From assembly GCA_000165345.1 (NCBI GenBank), contig CM000430.1:448001-512000 (forward strand): DNA of 64,000 bases, given 5' to 3'. Each line of letters starts with the position of its first letter. The first letter of the stretch is position 1. The position numbers were made by a program, and so were the translations under genes. Below are positions 1 to 8,917 of the stretch, piece after piece. Below the pieces are notes generated by a model. The model ran no database searches and was not told the DNA's origin. It worked only from the letters and a program-made list of their open reading frames with translations.

Positions 1-1
1 T

Positions 2-190
2 CTAACGGATGAACAGTTTGACGAAACATCACTGGAATACCTTGCCAAATATCCTAAAGTTTTTGAATCACTTAAGACGTTGACCAAAATCAATGGGTTA
101 AATGATACGGTACCCAGCGAAATAAGTAATCATATTCAAAAGTTAAACTCGCAGATTGACAAGATTTACAATTTGCTATTAAATAGGTAA
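2..190 (+). CDS. 3' terminal fragment of a gene that begins upstream of the window (hypothetical protein)
   Basis: Frame 2 is open from position 2 to TAA at 188-190 (62 codons: LTDEQFDETSLEYLAKYPKVFESLKTLTKINGLNDTVPSEISNHIQKLNSQIDKIYNLLLNR*). No recognisable domain. It lies convergent to the Sestrin-like gene, which ends at 227. Confidence 0.3.
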   Translation, partial: LTDEQFDETSLEYLAKYPKVFESLKTLTKINGLNDTVPSEISNHIQKLNSQIDKIYNLLLNR

Positions 191-226
191 ATTAAAATAA
201 TTTTCGTGCTCAATTAGCTTGTAATC

Positions 227-2728
227 TCACTTAACACCCTTTAAAATATTTGATAATGATTGTATTGAACAGATTATAGTTACAGCTTGTTTTGCCTTGC
301 ATACGACTATTAGGTAATATATTAATTCTGTATATGAAAAAACTATTCTACACCTTTCAAAGTCTGAGCGTAGGATTCTCTGAGGAGATCGAATTGTTTT
401 TTTGAGCAAAACTTTTAATTCAAGGGGAAGGAAGCTGTTGTGAACCAATTCTGTCATTTCAAATTTGACAATTCCACATAGTTTAAATACGTAGCTCCAG
501 ATTGAAGACCTTATGGGATTAGTTGTGGGAACCTTATAAATATCACAAATTGTTGTAATGTTCTTATTGCAGTTATATAAAAGAATGTCTAATTCGTCCT
601 TAATACACTTTGAGCATTCTCCTGAGTAAATCGATAAAATAGACCATGCAGTTTCAGAATAGAATTCATATTCTAGCATTTGAATTGAAAAACTATTAAG
701 CATGCTCATGAAGTGTGCATTTTTATTTGTAAGGCATCCATTCTTCAATTCTTTTTTGTTTTTTCTAAACTCAAAGGTCTTTTCATTGTCTTTAAAACTA
801 AATTTTTTGTTGGATTCCAGCTTATTTAGAACTAAATTAGGGCTTTCTATCCCAATAAAGTTGCTTATATGTTTGAATCTTCCGGATAAAGAATTAAACT
901 GCAATTTTGGTTTAGAATTCATCACAGAGGAAAGAAGAACTCGATCAGCCTTATGCTTGTCAGAGTTTGATCTGAATAGAGGAATTTCGTCTTTGCTAAT
1001 ACCTAAAATATCGCCTTGGGGCGGAAAGTGATTAAGCAGATCCTTTATTCTAATCAAAGTTGAAACCTCTCCTTCATATTTTTGTTTTGAATGATACTCA
1101 CTCTCAAGATTTTTTTCATTATCATTAAAATTCTTAGTGTTGATTTGAGTGTATTCTTGCAGATATTCATTGGATCTAATTTGACTATCTGAAAATAAGG
1201 GCGTTCTATCTGAATTAGAGTAGTCTTTCCCCTCGTTAATTTGTTTCCTTTTTAACTTTACACTAATTGAGCTATCTAATATCCACTTTAAATCTATAAA
1301 GGAATTTATTTGAGAAAATAATCTAAGGTTGTAAATCTTGTTTAAACTGAAAATTGGAAGCTTTAAAAAACTTAATTTTGGCATTGACATATTTTTGTTT
1401 GTATTTGAAGTTGAATGATTGTTTTTTATACGATGGGTATAATTTTTTTCTTCCTTTTCTACATCTATATATTCTGATAAAATTTCTTTATAGTATGATG
1501 TTGTTAAGCTATCGGGATTTGAATTTTCATGAAAGAAATTCGATGAGATTACCTTTCGATATTCAAAGCAATCTTTCATAGTGGCTGGGTTTGGTTTGTA
1601 GCATGTATTCCCATCGCAATTCGGTCCTTCCAATGGATCTGGGCCAAGCTCCCAATGATCCATAGATGTTATTCCAAATGAACATGACAATTGCGATATT
1701 GATTGTATTGTTGTAACAATACATAAAATATGGCATAGTTCTGTTATTGTCCAAACTTGAGTATCTGAAACTTCTCCTATCAAATGGTTCATAAGTTCAT
1801 TAGAAATGTAGGCAGGTTCAAATGTAATACATTTTAGAAATTCAAAAAGCGCAAAGAATTTAACTGGTAGAGAATCTGAAGGATTTTCCAACCATTCAAT
1901 TGGACCATTGTTAAATATATACATTTGCATTTCTAATTTGATCATGTAATCGTTGTCGTATAAAGATGAACATAAAATCCCAATAAAGTGACGGTAGTGT
2001 AGTGGTAAAGCACCAAAGTTTTGATCTTCCATATTTATTTTGTAAGATTTGAGTAGCGCTTTTGCATATTCTGGAAGTATGTAAACAATTCTAAATACAG
2101 ACGGAATTCTCCCATAAAATGTATTGAAAACATCTTTCCAAAAAGTTTCGTTCTCATCTAAATAAAACTTGTTAGGAAAAAACCCAGGGGTACCAGGAAC
2201 TAAATACTCTGGAGAAATGAATCTTCCACAAGGAAGACAATGTTGATTATTTTCGCTATTTTCTGATGTAAATATTTTGATTGCTTCTCTAATTGAAATG
2301 CTACTTCCTCCCAGGGTGATGTTGAATAATAAATCCGGGTGTATATCTTTGATTTTCGTATAAAATAATGTGCTACTATACTCTGTTAATAACTTCTTTG
2401 GGTCCTCGTCTCTTCTTGAACCAATTGACCACGTTTCATTCAAACTGTTGATAATTGATTGCCAACTATTGGAAATAGACTCTCGAATATCTGAGTAGGG
2501 ATTTAGGCAAGTTGATAAGCGAAGAAGAATGCATAAAGATTGTTCAAATTTCCAGTAACTTGTTTCTCCATTTAACAATATTTGTTTCTGTATTACGTTG
2601 ACTCTATTTTCTATGTATCTTCCAATACTATTTGATTTTAGTCTTCCCCAGTTTGGAATATCCAAAAAAATACTAACAAATTCCTTATAGTTAACTAAAA
2701 GAAGAGATATTGGAAAACCATTATCCAT
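227..2728 (-). CDS. SESN: Sestrin (PA26) homolog with both Sesn-A and Sesn-C regions and a long low-complexity linker
   Basis: 833-aa ORF. The N-terminal part has HYRHFIGILCSS...NNGPIEWLEN...FEFLKCITFEPAYISNELMNHL...VWTITELCHILCIVTTIQSISQLSCSFGI, which parallels the sestrin block ...LVTHHL..GGDPAWL...INKLLAHRPWLITKEHI...[28 protein letters not shown]. The C-terminus has RSSIWSYVFKLCGIVKFE...LKVLLKKTI...YTELIYYLIVVCKAKQAVTIICSIQSL, which parallels [21 protein letters not shown]...LKVYIKTV...NLLLLEARMQAALLYALRAIT. Confidence 0.6.
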   Translation of the reverse strand: MDNGFPISLLLVNYKEFVSIFLDIPNWGRLKSNSIGRYIENRVNVIQKQILLNGETSYWKFEQSLCILLRLSTCLNPYSDIRESISNSWQSIINSLNETWSIGSRRDEDPKKLLTEYSSTLFYTKIKDIHPDLLFNITLGGSSISIREAIKIFTSENSENNQHCLPCGRFISPEYLVPGTPGFFPNKFYLDENETFWKDVFNTFYGRIPSVFRIVYILPEYAKALLKSYKINMEDQNFGALPLHYRHFIGILCSSLYDNDYMIKLEMQMYIFNNGPIEWLENPSDSLPVKFFALFEFLKCITFEPAYISNELMNHLIGEVSDTQVWTITELCHILCIVTTIQSISQLSCSFGITSMDHWELGPDPLEGPNCDGNTCYKPNPATMKDCFEYRKVISSNFFHENSNPDSLTTSYYKEILSEYIDVEKEEKNYTHRIKNNHSTSNTNKNMSMPKLSFLKLPIFSLNKIYNLRLFSQINSFIDLKWILDSSISVKLKRKQINEGKDYSNSDRTPLFSDSQIRSNEYLQEYTQINTKNFNDNEKNLESEYHSKQKYEGEVSTLIRIKDLLNHFPPQGDILGISKDEIPLFRSNSDKHKADRVLLSSVMNSKPKLQFNSLSGRFKHISNFIGIESPNLVLNKLESNKKFSFKDNEKTFEFRKNKKELKNGCLTNKNAHFMSMLNSFSIQMLEYEFYSETAWSILSIYSGECSKCIKDELDILLYNCNKNITTICDIYKVPTTNPIRSSIWSYVFKLCGIVKFEMTELVHNSFLPLELKVLLKKTIRSPQRILRSDFERCRIVFSYTELIYYLIVVCKAKQAVTIICSIQSLSNILKGVK

Positions 2729-2890
2729 AGTTTGACACTAGTTTTTGTAGATAACATATTCAATAATTATACGCTTACGAATAAATAGATAGTAGCTTAC
2801 CGCCAATAAGGCAAATTTTTTTGGTACTTAAAAACTGTTAAAACAATATTCATTAAAAGCCTAAACACTTATAATGAAACTATTAAAGAT

Positions 2891-4276
2891 TCAACAGTAA
2901 AATCTAGAATCTAATGTATTACTATGAATATTAGTACAATGAAAATTATGGAATGAGCCAATACCTCCAGTTCCATTTATATTTTTATTAGCTTCTGCAT
3001 TACTCATTAAAATATTTCCCAGTCCTGATTCAACTTGGGAGTTACATAGTGTATTGCCAGATACCAGGTTTTGATGATTTTGCCTTCCTAATTGTCTCTG
3101 AAGGAGCTGCTCATTGCATTTATCAACAATAAAGGATAAAACTACGGATGGTAGGGTCTCTAATCCATTCATGGACCCATCGGAAGCAAATTTTGCACTA
3201 ACTGGCAGTGTTGTCAGGCCACTAAATGATGATGGAAAGTATGAAATTGTAATGTAAGAAAGATTTTGCGAAATTTCTGCGCATGGATGAATATTCCTGT
3301 TTTCTCTAAATGAAATAGACTGTTGTTGTTCACGCCATTGATCTGTTTTAAACGGATAGCCTACTGAAAATCCTGTAACTTGTGCCGAGCTGTTTGCATT
3401 AGAAATTCCGGTATTAAAAGCTCTGTAATGCTCGTTTGTATTGGATATATATTGATTATCGCACTTTAACTGTGTGCTGTTTTGGATATAACCACCATTA
3501 AAAGTATCAATTTTTGGATTGTCTGAACATAGAGAAATAGATGAATCATCTTTTAACTGGTTATTAAAATGGTTAACACTGTGCTCGGAATTAGTATTAT
3601 TTACATTTTTACCTGAAATAATTTTTGACAAGTTTCTCCTTCTTGACCATCTCTGTCTATCTGCAACTCTACAGGGCTCACATGATCTCATATGGGGTGT
3701 TGCATCACGCTTGTGACATCTCCAGCAAAGTTTTGGGTCGTCTCTACGTCTCCTTACCATGTTATTTTCTTTATTAATTGATTTAAATTTGTCTGAATTT
3801 ACCTTTTCTGTCAGATTATTCTCCAAATACGAAAACAAATTAAGGTTTTGGCTGGACTCCACATATTGATTTTCAGTTTTAAATTGGTTTTGATCTTTTA
3901 ATAAACAGTCTATTATTATTGATTTTGGAGTTTCTTCTTGAGAAAATGAGATAGACTCTGAAATCTTTTTATGATTTGTATTACCTCTGTGTATTTCCAG
4001 AAATTTTGGATTGCATTCAGAAGCGTTCACTTCTTCTGAAATATTGTTCGTACTGAAGCTACATTTGGAATTACTATGATTGTAATTTACATTTCCGTTT
4101 ACGTTTACGTTAACATTTACATTTAACTTATTACTGGTATTTTGAATACTTGTATTCAAGATTTTAGGAGAGTTGCTTAAATTGCTTGATGTCTCGTTCC
4201 AATTGCAAGCCTCTTCATCAAAAGATAAGATCATATCAGAGTTGATATATATTTCAGGAATTTGTATCCCTTCCAT
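2891..4276 (-). CDS. Hypothetical low-complexity protein with a basic Cys cluster (CWRCHKRDATPHMRSCEPCR)
   Basis: 461-aa ORF with ATG at 4276-4274. It has N/S-rich low complexity including an NVNVNVNGNVNYN tract, and a C-x2-C-x11-C-x2-C motif flanked by RRRR. No confident family assignment. Confidence 0.4.
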   Translation of the reverse strand: MEGIQIPEIYINSDMILSFDEEACNWNETSSNLSNSPKILNTSIQNTSNKLNVNVNVNVNGNVNYNHSNSKCSFSTNNISEEVNASECNPKFLEIHRGNTNHKKISESISFSQEETPKSIIIDCLLKDQNQFKTENQYVESSQNLNLFSYLENNLTEKVNSDKFKSINKENNMVRRRRDDPKLCWRCHKRDATPHMRSCEPCRVADRQRWSRRRNLSKIISGKNVNNTNSEHSVNHFNNQLKDDSSISLCSDNPKIDTFNGGYIQNSTQLKCDNQYISNTNEHYRAFNTGISNANSSAQVTGFSVGYPFKTDQWREQQQSISFRENRNIHPCAEISQNLSYITISYFPSSFSGLTTLPVSAKFASDGSMNGLETLPSVVLSFIVDKCNEQLLQRQLGRQNHQNLVSGNTLCNSQVESGLGNILMSNAEANKNINGTGGIGSFHNFHCTNIHSNTLDSRFYC

Positions 4277-4606
4277 ATGACTGTCTTTATGAGACCTTAT
4301 TAATAACTTTCAATTAGTAAATATATATCAAAGTTCAAGTACATAGGATATCTAAACTCGTATTAAATCAAAACAGCTTAAATCTTCAGAAGTTCGGTTG
4401 CTTACATTTAGCATCTCTAATTATTTTGAAATATTCTGAATTTTCAAAAAAGGAATTTTTTCTCGTAAAAATTTCCCTCGTAAAAAAATTGGCTCCAAAA
4501 ATTGTCCCTCGCAACTATATTGAACTGTTCTAAAAAAAAACACATGGAAGATTACTTGAATTTAAAAAAGCAATATACTTGAGGTAAACTTCTCTAATTT
4601 ATCAAG

Positions 4607-5419
4607 ATGATGCAGAGTGAAGGTAGGTTTAACTCATCTTGGTCATTCTGTCCAAGCTAATTATCTTTAGACTGTAGTGATACTACCTTTACTACAACAA
4701 ATAATCCCTACTTAAGACTCTTAAATGCGTATATTGAAAAGACAACTGTTTACCCCAAATCCAGATGGTGTTTTTTATTCATTTTGATTTCAATTTTTGC
4801 ATTTAGAGTATATCATTGTCAAGGTATGTTACATTGTCATTAAAGTAGAATAATAACGTTTCGATTTATTATAAAATATATTTAACTTATTCTATATTTA
4901 TTTGGTATATTTTCTTAAATGCACTAATTATAGGTTTTTTTATAGTTACATATGGCCTTTCAATTTATTTATTAAATTTATTCATTGGGTTTTTGTCTCC
5001 GCAAATTGATCCAGAAGAAGAAGGTATGGTTCTTCCCATGCATGACACTCAAGAGTTCAGACCATTTGAAAGGAGGCTTCCAGAATTTAAATTTTGGATA
5101 TCTGCAACAAAAGCGACTATTGCTTCAATATTTCTAACATTCTTTGAAGTGTTTGACCTGCCTGTTTTCTGGCCGATACTTCTAATTTACTTTATTTTTT
5201 TGTTCATTTTGACAATGAGACAGCAAATTCAGGTAAGTGTATAAAATTATTATTGCATTTTAAAATAGTGACTAATATCCTTAGCATATGATAAAATACC
5301 GTTATGTTCCTTTTTCATGGGGGAAGCAAACGTATGGAGATATTACAAAGGGAAAACCAACAATAAATAAGAAAACAAGCCTGGGGGGAATAGGCTTGAC
5401 TTTGATAGGCGATAAGTAA
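4607..5419 (+). CDS. RER1: RER1 (retrieval receptor for ER membrane proteins), 4 exons
   Basis: Exons are 4607-4622, 4671-4823, 4934-5232 and 5285-5419. Introns are 4623-4670 (48 nt, GTAGGT..TTTAG), 4824-4933 (110 nt, GTATGT..TATAG) and 5233-5284 (52 nt, GTAAGT..CTTAG). The spliced protein is MMQSED...[54 protein letters not shown]...[22 protein letters not shown]...[38 protein letters not shown]. It matches the RER1 signature blocks RW....[58 protein letters not shown] and RQIKHMIKYRYIPF. Only exon 3 appears in the ORF track, at 4993-5244 with a TTG 'start'. Confidence 0.75.
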
Positions 5420-5592
5420 CATTTCAATTAATACTATTTTTACTTGTTTTTTTTTCAAATTTTCAACAAGTTTACTTAAGGAGAATATGCGCCAATTGTA
5501 AATTTTATAGTCATTAGAACAATAAACTTCTAGATGAATAGATCTATAAGATTTTTCATAAATAATATTTATTTGAATTATTATTTTATTTA

Positions 5593-7626
5593 ATGGTCAG
5601 GTCAATATTATTTGCTCTTCCTCCTATTCCTGTTGGGCTACATGGGGAATTAGCTTCTGGACCAGTGATTCAAAGTAGTGTTGCAGAGTTTGCTTTTAAA
5701 AAAAAGATAGAACCGGTTGGTGAAGCATTTTTTTACAGGTATGAAGTGAAATACTCAAATAAAATTAACTTTTTAAAAGAAAAAATTAAAATTGAGAGTT
5801 CGATTCCTATCAATAATATCTATTCTCAAGAAGAGTGTAAAAAAAAATCTAAGAAGATATCTGGAAATAAGTCAGGAAACAAACTTGCCAAGGGCGTTTT
5901 ATCGTTGGCACGCCTGAAAGAGCTAGTTGAAGAAAAGGAAACTCTCTATGAAAAATTAGGGTTGGATGAAAATGTATGTGTTAAGGAAATTAAACAGGCA
6001 TACAGAAGACTAGTGCTTTCACACCATCCTGATAAAAATAAGGAAAATAGTTCAGACGCAAGGTCCGAAGAATTTCTTAAAATTCAGGAAGCATATGAAA
6101 TTTTGAGCGATAAGAATCTGAGGCACGCATACGATTCTGCATTGCCATTTGACGATTCTATACCAAGTGTTTACGTTAGCGAAAATAATGATTTTTACGA
6201 ATTTAAAGACTTTTTTTCACCTATTTTTCGCAGAAATTCACGATGGTCAATAGTAAAACCAGTCCCTGAAATAGGAAACATTGATGACAATATTGAAGTT
6301 ATTGAAAGCTTTTATGAATTTTGGAGAGGATTCCAATCGAATAGAGACTTTAGTATCCATGAAGAGCATGAGCTGAACCATGCGGAATGTAGAGAAGAAA
6401 AAAGGTGGATGGAACGACAAAATTTTAAAATTCGCTCAAAATATATTAGAAATGAAATTTCTAGAATTAACAGGCTTGTCGATCTCGCATATAAAAATGA
6501 TCCAAGGATTAAACAACACTTTGAAAATCTTAACAAGAGAAAAGAAGAGGAAAAGCGTAAGAAACTAGAACAGAAGAAAATTGAGGAAGAGAAAAAGCGT
6601 CTAATGGATGAACAACAGAAAAAAAAAGCAATTGAGCTAAAATCAGCGATTAAATCATTGCGAGTTTCAATAAGGAACAAAATGAAAAATATTTCTGATG
6701 TAAATATTTTTTTTGATAAATTTCAAAAGGAAGATTTTTCAGTATGTTTAAAAACTATTGAGGATTTTGATTGGATTCATATTTTTTTAAAAAATATGCA
6801 TTTAACTGAAGCAGCCCAAATCAATTCCATTGAAAAAATTAATTTAAAGCTATGGGAAGAATGGCTCCTTAAATTAGATCGCTTTCAACTTGAGCAATTA
6901 GACAATTTTTTGAATAAATGGATTGAAGTGTTTGGCGAGAATTGCAGTGATGATTATTTGAAAAAATTATACTTGATTTTTACTATTAAAATCCTTAACA
7001 TAAACAATTTTGATGCAAACAAGTCTTTGCAACCTACGAAAAAAATCAATGAAAGCAATATGTCTAATCTTTCGAACGATTACGTAACTGTAAATACCGA
7101 AAATTTATCTTCTGATTGGACAGTTTCAGAAATGAGTCTGCTCGCAAAAGCTCTCCAAAAATATCCCGGTGGTTACAAAAATAGATGGGATATGATTTCC
7201 GAATACCTTAAAAATACGAAAACAAAGGAGCAGATATTAACAAAAGTTAAAGAGCTATCCGAGTCTGAGAAATTGGCGAAGCTTTCCAATGAAGTCAAAG
7301 AAGATTCAGCCTTTGACACATTTATTCAGTCTAACAAAGGCGTTTTAAAAAAATTTGACAATATTCCCGATGTTAGAGATTATTCAGGTACTTCAATAAT
7401 AAACAATAGCGCAAAAAATGATGCTACACAGCAGAAGAAAGAAATTGATCTTTGGACTAGAGACCAGCAATGTTCATTAGAGAGAGCATTGAAACAATAT
7501 CCTTCTTCTTTACCTTCAAATGAAAGGTGGGAGTTAATCTCTTCTTGTATTCCAGGAAAAGATTCATCGCAATGTCTTGCTAGATACAAATTAATAAGAG
7601 AACGGTTATTAAAGAAACAAAAGTAA
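5593..7626 (+). CDS. DNAJC2: Zuotin / DNAJC2 (ribosome-associated J-protein with two C-terminal SANT/Myb-like domains)
   Basis: 677 aa. It has a J-domain (LYEKLGLDENVCVKEIKQAYRRLVLSHHPDKN...EEFLKIQEAYEILSD), a charged K/E-rich middle region, and two SANT-like repeats (WTVSEMSLLAKALQKYPGGYKNRWDMISEYL and WTRDQQCSLERALKQYPSS..ERWELISSCIPGKDSSQCLARYK). Confidence 0.8.
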   Translation: MVRSILFALPPIPVGLHGELASGPVIQSSVAEFAFKKKIEPVGEAFFYRYEVKYSNKINFLKEKIKIESSIPINNIYSQEECKKKSKKISGNKSGNKLAKGVLSLARLKELVEEKETLYEKLGLDENVCVKEIKQAYRRLVLSHHPDKNKENSSDARSEEFLKIQEAYEILSDKNLRHAYDSALPFDDSIPSVYVSENNDFYEFKDFFSPIFRRNSRWSIVKPVPEIGNIDDNIEVIESFYEFWRGFQSNRDFSIHEEHELNHAECREEKRWMERQNFKIRSKYIRNEISRINRLVDLAYKNDPRIKQHFENLNKRKEEEKRKKLEQKKIEEEKKRLMDEQQKKKAIELKSAIKSLRVSIRNKMKNISDVNIFFDKFQKEDFSVCLKTIEDFDWIHIFLKNMHLTEAAQINSIEKINLKLWEEWLLKLDRFQLEQLDNFLNKWIEVFGENCSDDYLKKLYLIFTIKILNINNFDANKSLQPTKKINESNMSNLSNDYVTVNTENLSSDWTVSEMSLLAKALQKYPGGYKNRWDMISEYLKNTKTKEQILTKVKELSESEKLAKLSNEVKEDSAFDTFIQSNKGVLKKFDNIPDVRDYSGTSIINNSAKNDATQQKKEIDLWTRDQQCSLERALKQYPSSLPSNERWELISSCIPGKDSSQCLARYKLIRERLLKKQK

Positions 7627-7660
7627 TATTTGTAAAAATTTAAAAGCAAATACCTCATCG

Positions 7661-8698
7661 TTAATTCTTATTGTCTGTAAATAATAAGATTGGAGATGGT
7701 TTTGATGTTGGCAATGGAGACAAGAAGCTATTATATATCTTTCTTGTTGGAGTAGAACTATTGGCTTTAGCTTTAGTAGATTTATCATCAACTGATTCAA
7801 TTAAAATACTAGGAATTGAAGATTTTCTGTGTTTGCTTATTGCGTTTTTCTTAACACCGCTTTCTGAATTTGATACGCTGGAAAGGAGCCTTCCAGGCAA
7901 TGAGTTCCTTACTCTTTTGTTTGTAATTCTGAATTGTAGCGAGGAAATGTAGTCTTCGAATCTGCTTCTAGCAAATTCTATATTTGAGTGAAAAGAATAT
8001 CCAACAGATCTAAATAATCGCGAATTAGAGTTTTTTGTTTCTGCAGCCTTAGCCAATGTATTTGTATTGCTGCCTATCAAAATATTCGAATTTTGTAATT
8101 GGCTATTGTTATGTATTCCACGGTAGTGCTCACTTTGATAGTTTCTTGCGATGTCTGCCGCTTGAATAAAGGTATCTGCCAGTAGTGAAGGGCTGCAAAT
8201 CTTATGTGAGGAATTATAACAGTTATTATGTTGATATAATTTTTTGCTAGTATTAGGTGAATTCATGCTTAAACCAAAAAACGATAGCTTAGAGTCATGA
8301 AATAATATATCAGTATCTTTCATTTCGCTTGAATGCGTTTCACTTTGAGATACAAATTTTTTATTTTTAATCTCACTAGGATCGTCTTCTCCTTGTTTAA
8401 CAGTAACCAAGCCACCACTCAAATAGTTTTCTCTTTCCCTGTTATACCTTTCGAAAACGCTAAGCATCAAATTACTGTTAAATTCAGCGAAATCCTCTTT
8501 TTTGTTGGCAAACTTTCCAAAATCAATTTCAATGTAGAGCGATTTTTTAAAATAAATATATGCACCATAAAAAGTAATTATTACAATTGAAATAGAAAGG
8601 AGTGATGTAATGATTCCAAACTCCTTCTCAAAATATTTCCATAAATAGTGCAAGCAAAAACATGATAAAATCGAAAGAAGTGGAGTTAAAAAAATCAT
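7661..8698 (-). CDS. Hypothetical protein with N-terminal transmembrane segments and an S/N-rich tail
   Basis: 345-aa ORF with ATG at 8698-8696. The N-terminus is hydrophobic (MIFLTPLLSILSCFCLHYLW...ITSLLSISIVIITFYGAYIYF). It lies convergent to Zuotin with only about 34 bp between the two stop codons. Confidence 0.45.
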   Translation of the reverse strand: MIFLTPLLSILSCFCLHYLWKYFEKEFGIITSLLSISIVIITFYGAYIYFKKSLYIEIDFGKFANKKEDFAEFNSNLMLSVFERYNRERENYLSGGLVTVKQGEDDPSEIKNKKFVSQSETHSSEMKDTDILFHDSKLSFFGLSMNSPNTSKKLYQHNNCYNSSHKICSPSLLADTFIQAADIARNYQSEHYRGIHNNSQLQNSNILIGSNTNTLAKAAETKNSNSRLFRSVGYSFHSNIEFARSRFEDYISSLQFRITNKRVRNSLPGRLLSSVSNSESGVKKNAISKHRKSSIPSILIESVDDKSTKAKANSSTPTRKIYNSFLSPLPTSKPSPILLFTDNKN

Positions 8699-8917
8699 AT
8701 TTACATATTAGTATTTTGCATCACTCAATTTATGGTGAAGTATTCTTGTATTCTTCTACAAAATTTCAGAAATTGAGAGTATTTTAAATTTAAAACGCGA
8801 ATTTTCTGAAATGTATTGTTCCATCTCATAATTTAACCCTATCATTAGGCGCAAGACATGAAAAAATAAATCGAGAAAAAAAATTTAGTATTTGTACACA
8901 AGTTTTTACCTATTTAA

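Noticed and set aside
6312-6680. 122-aa minus-strand ORF inside Zuotin, and the similar nested ORFs (702..1031, 1354..1581, 3519..3716, 10134..10421, 13359..13562, 14269..14949, 15945..16169, 17422..19116, 20256..20534, 22233..23985, 28796..33534, 39076..40916, 43349..43561, 44767..44970, 46761..47024, 49573..49773, 54076..55215, 56988..57248, 58538..58825)
   Set aside because: All lie antisense to or out of frame within strongly supported large CDSs. They have low-complexity L/F/S-rich translations typical of the reverse strand of A/T-rich coding DNA.
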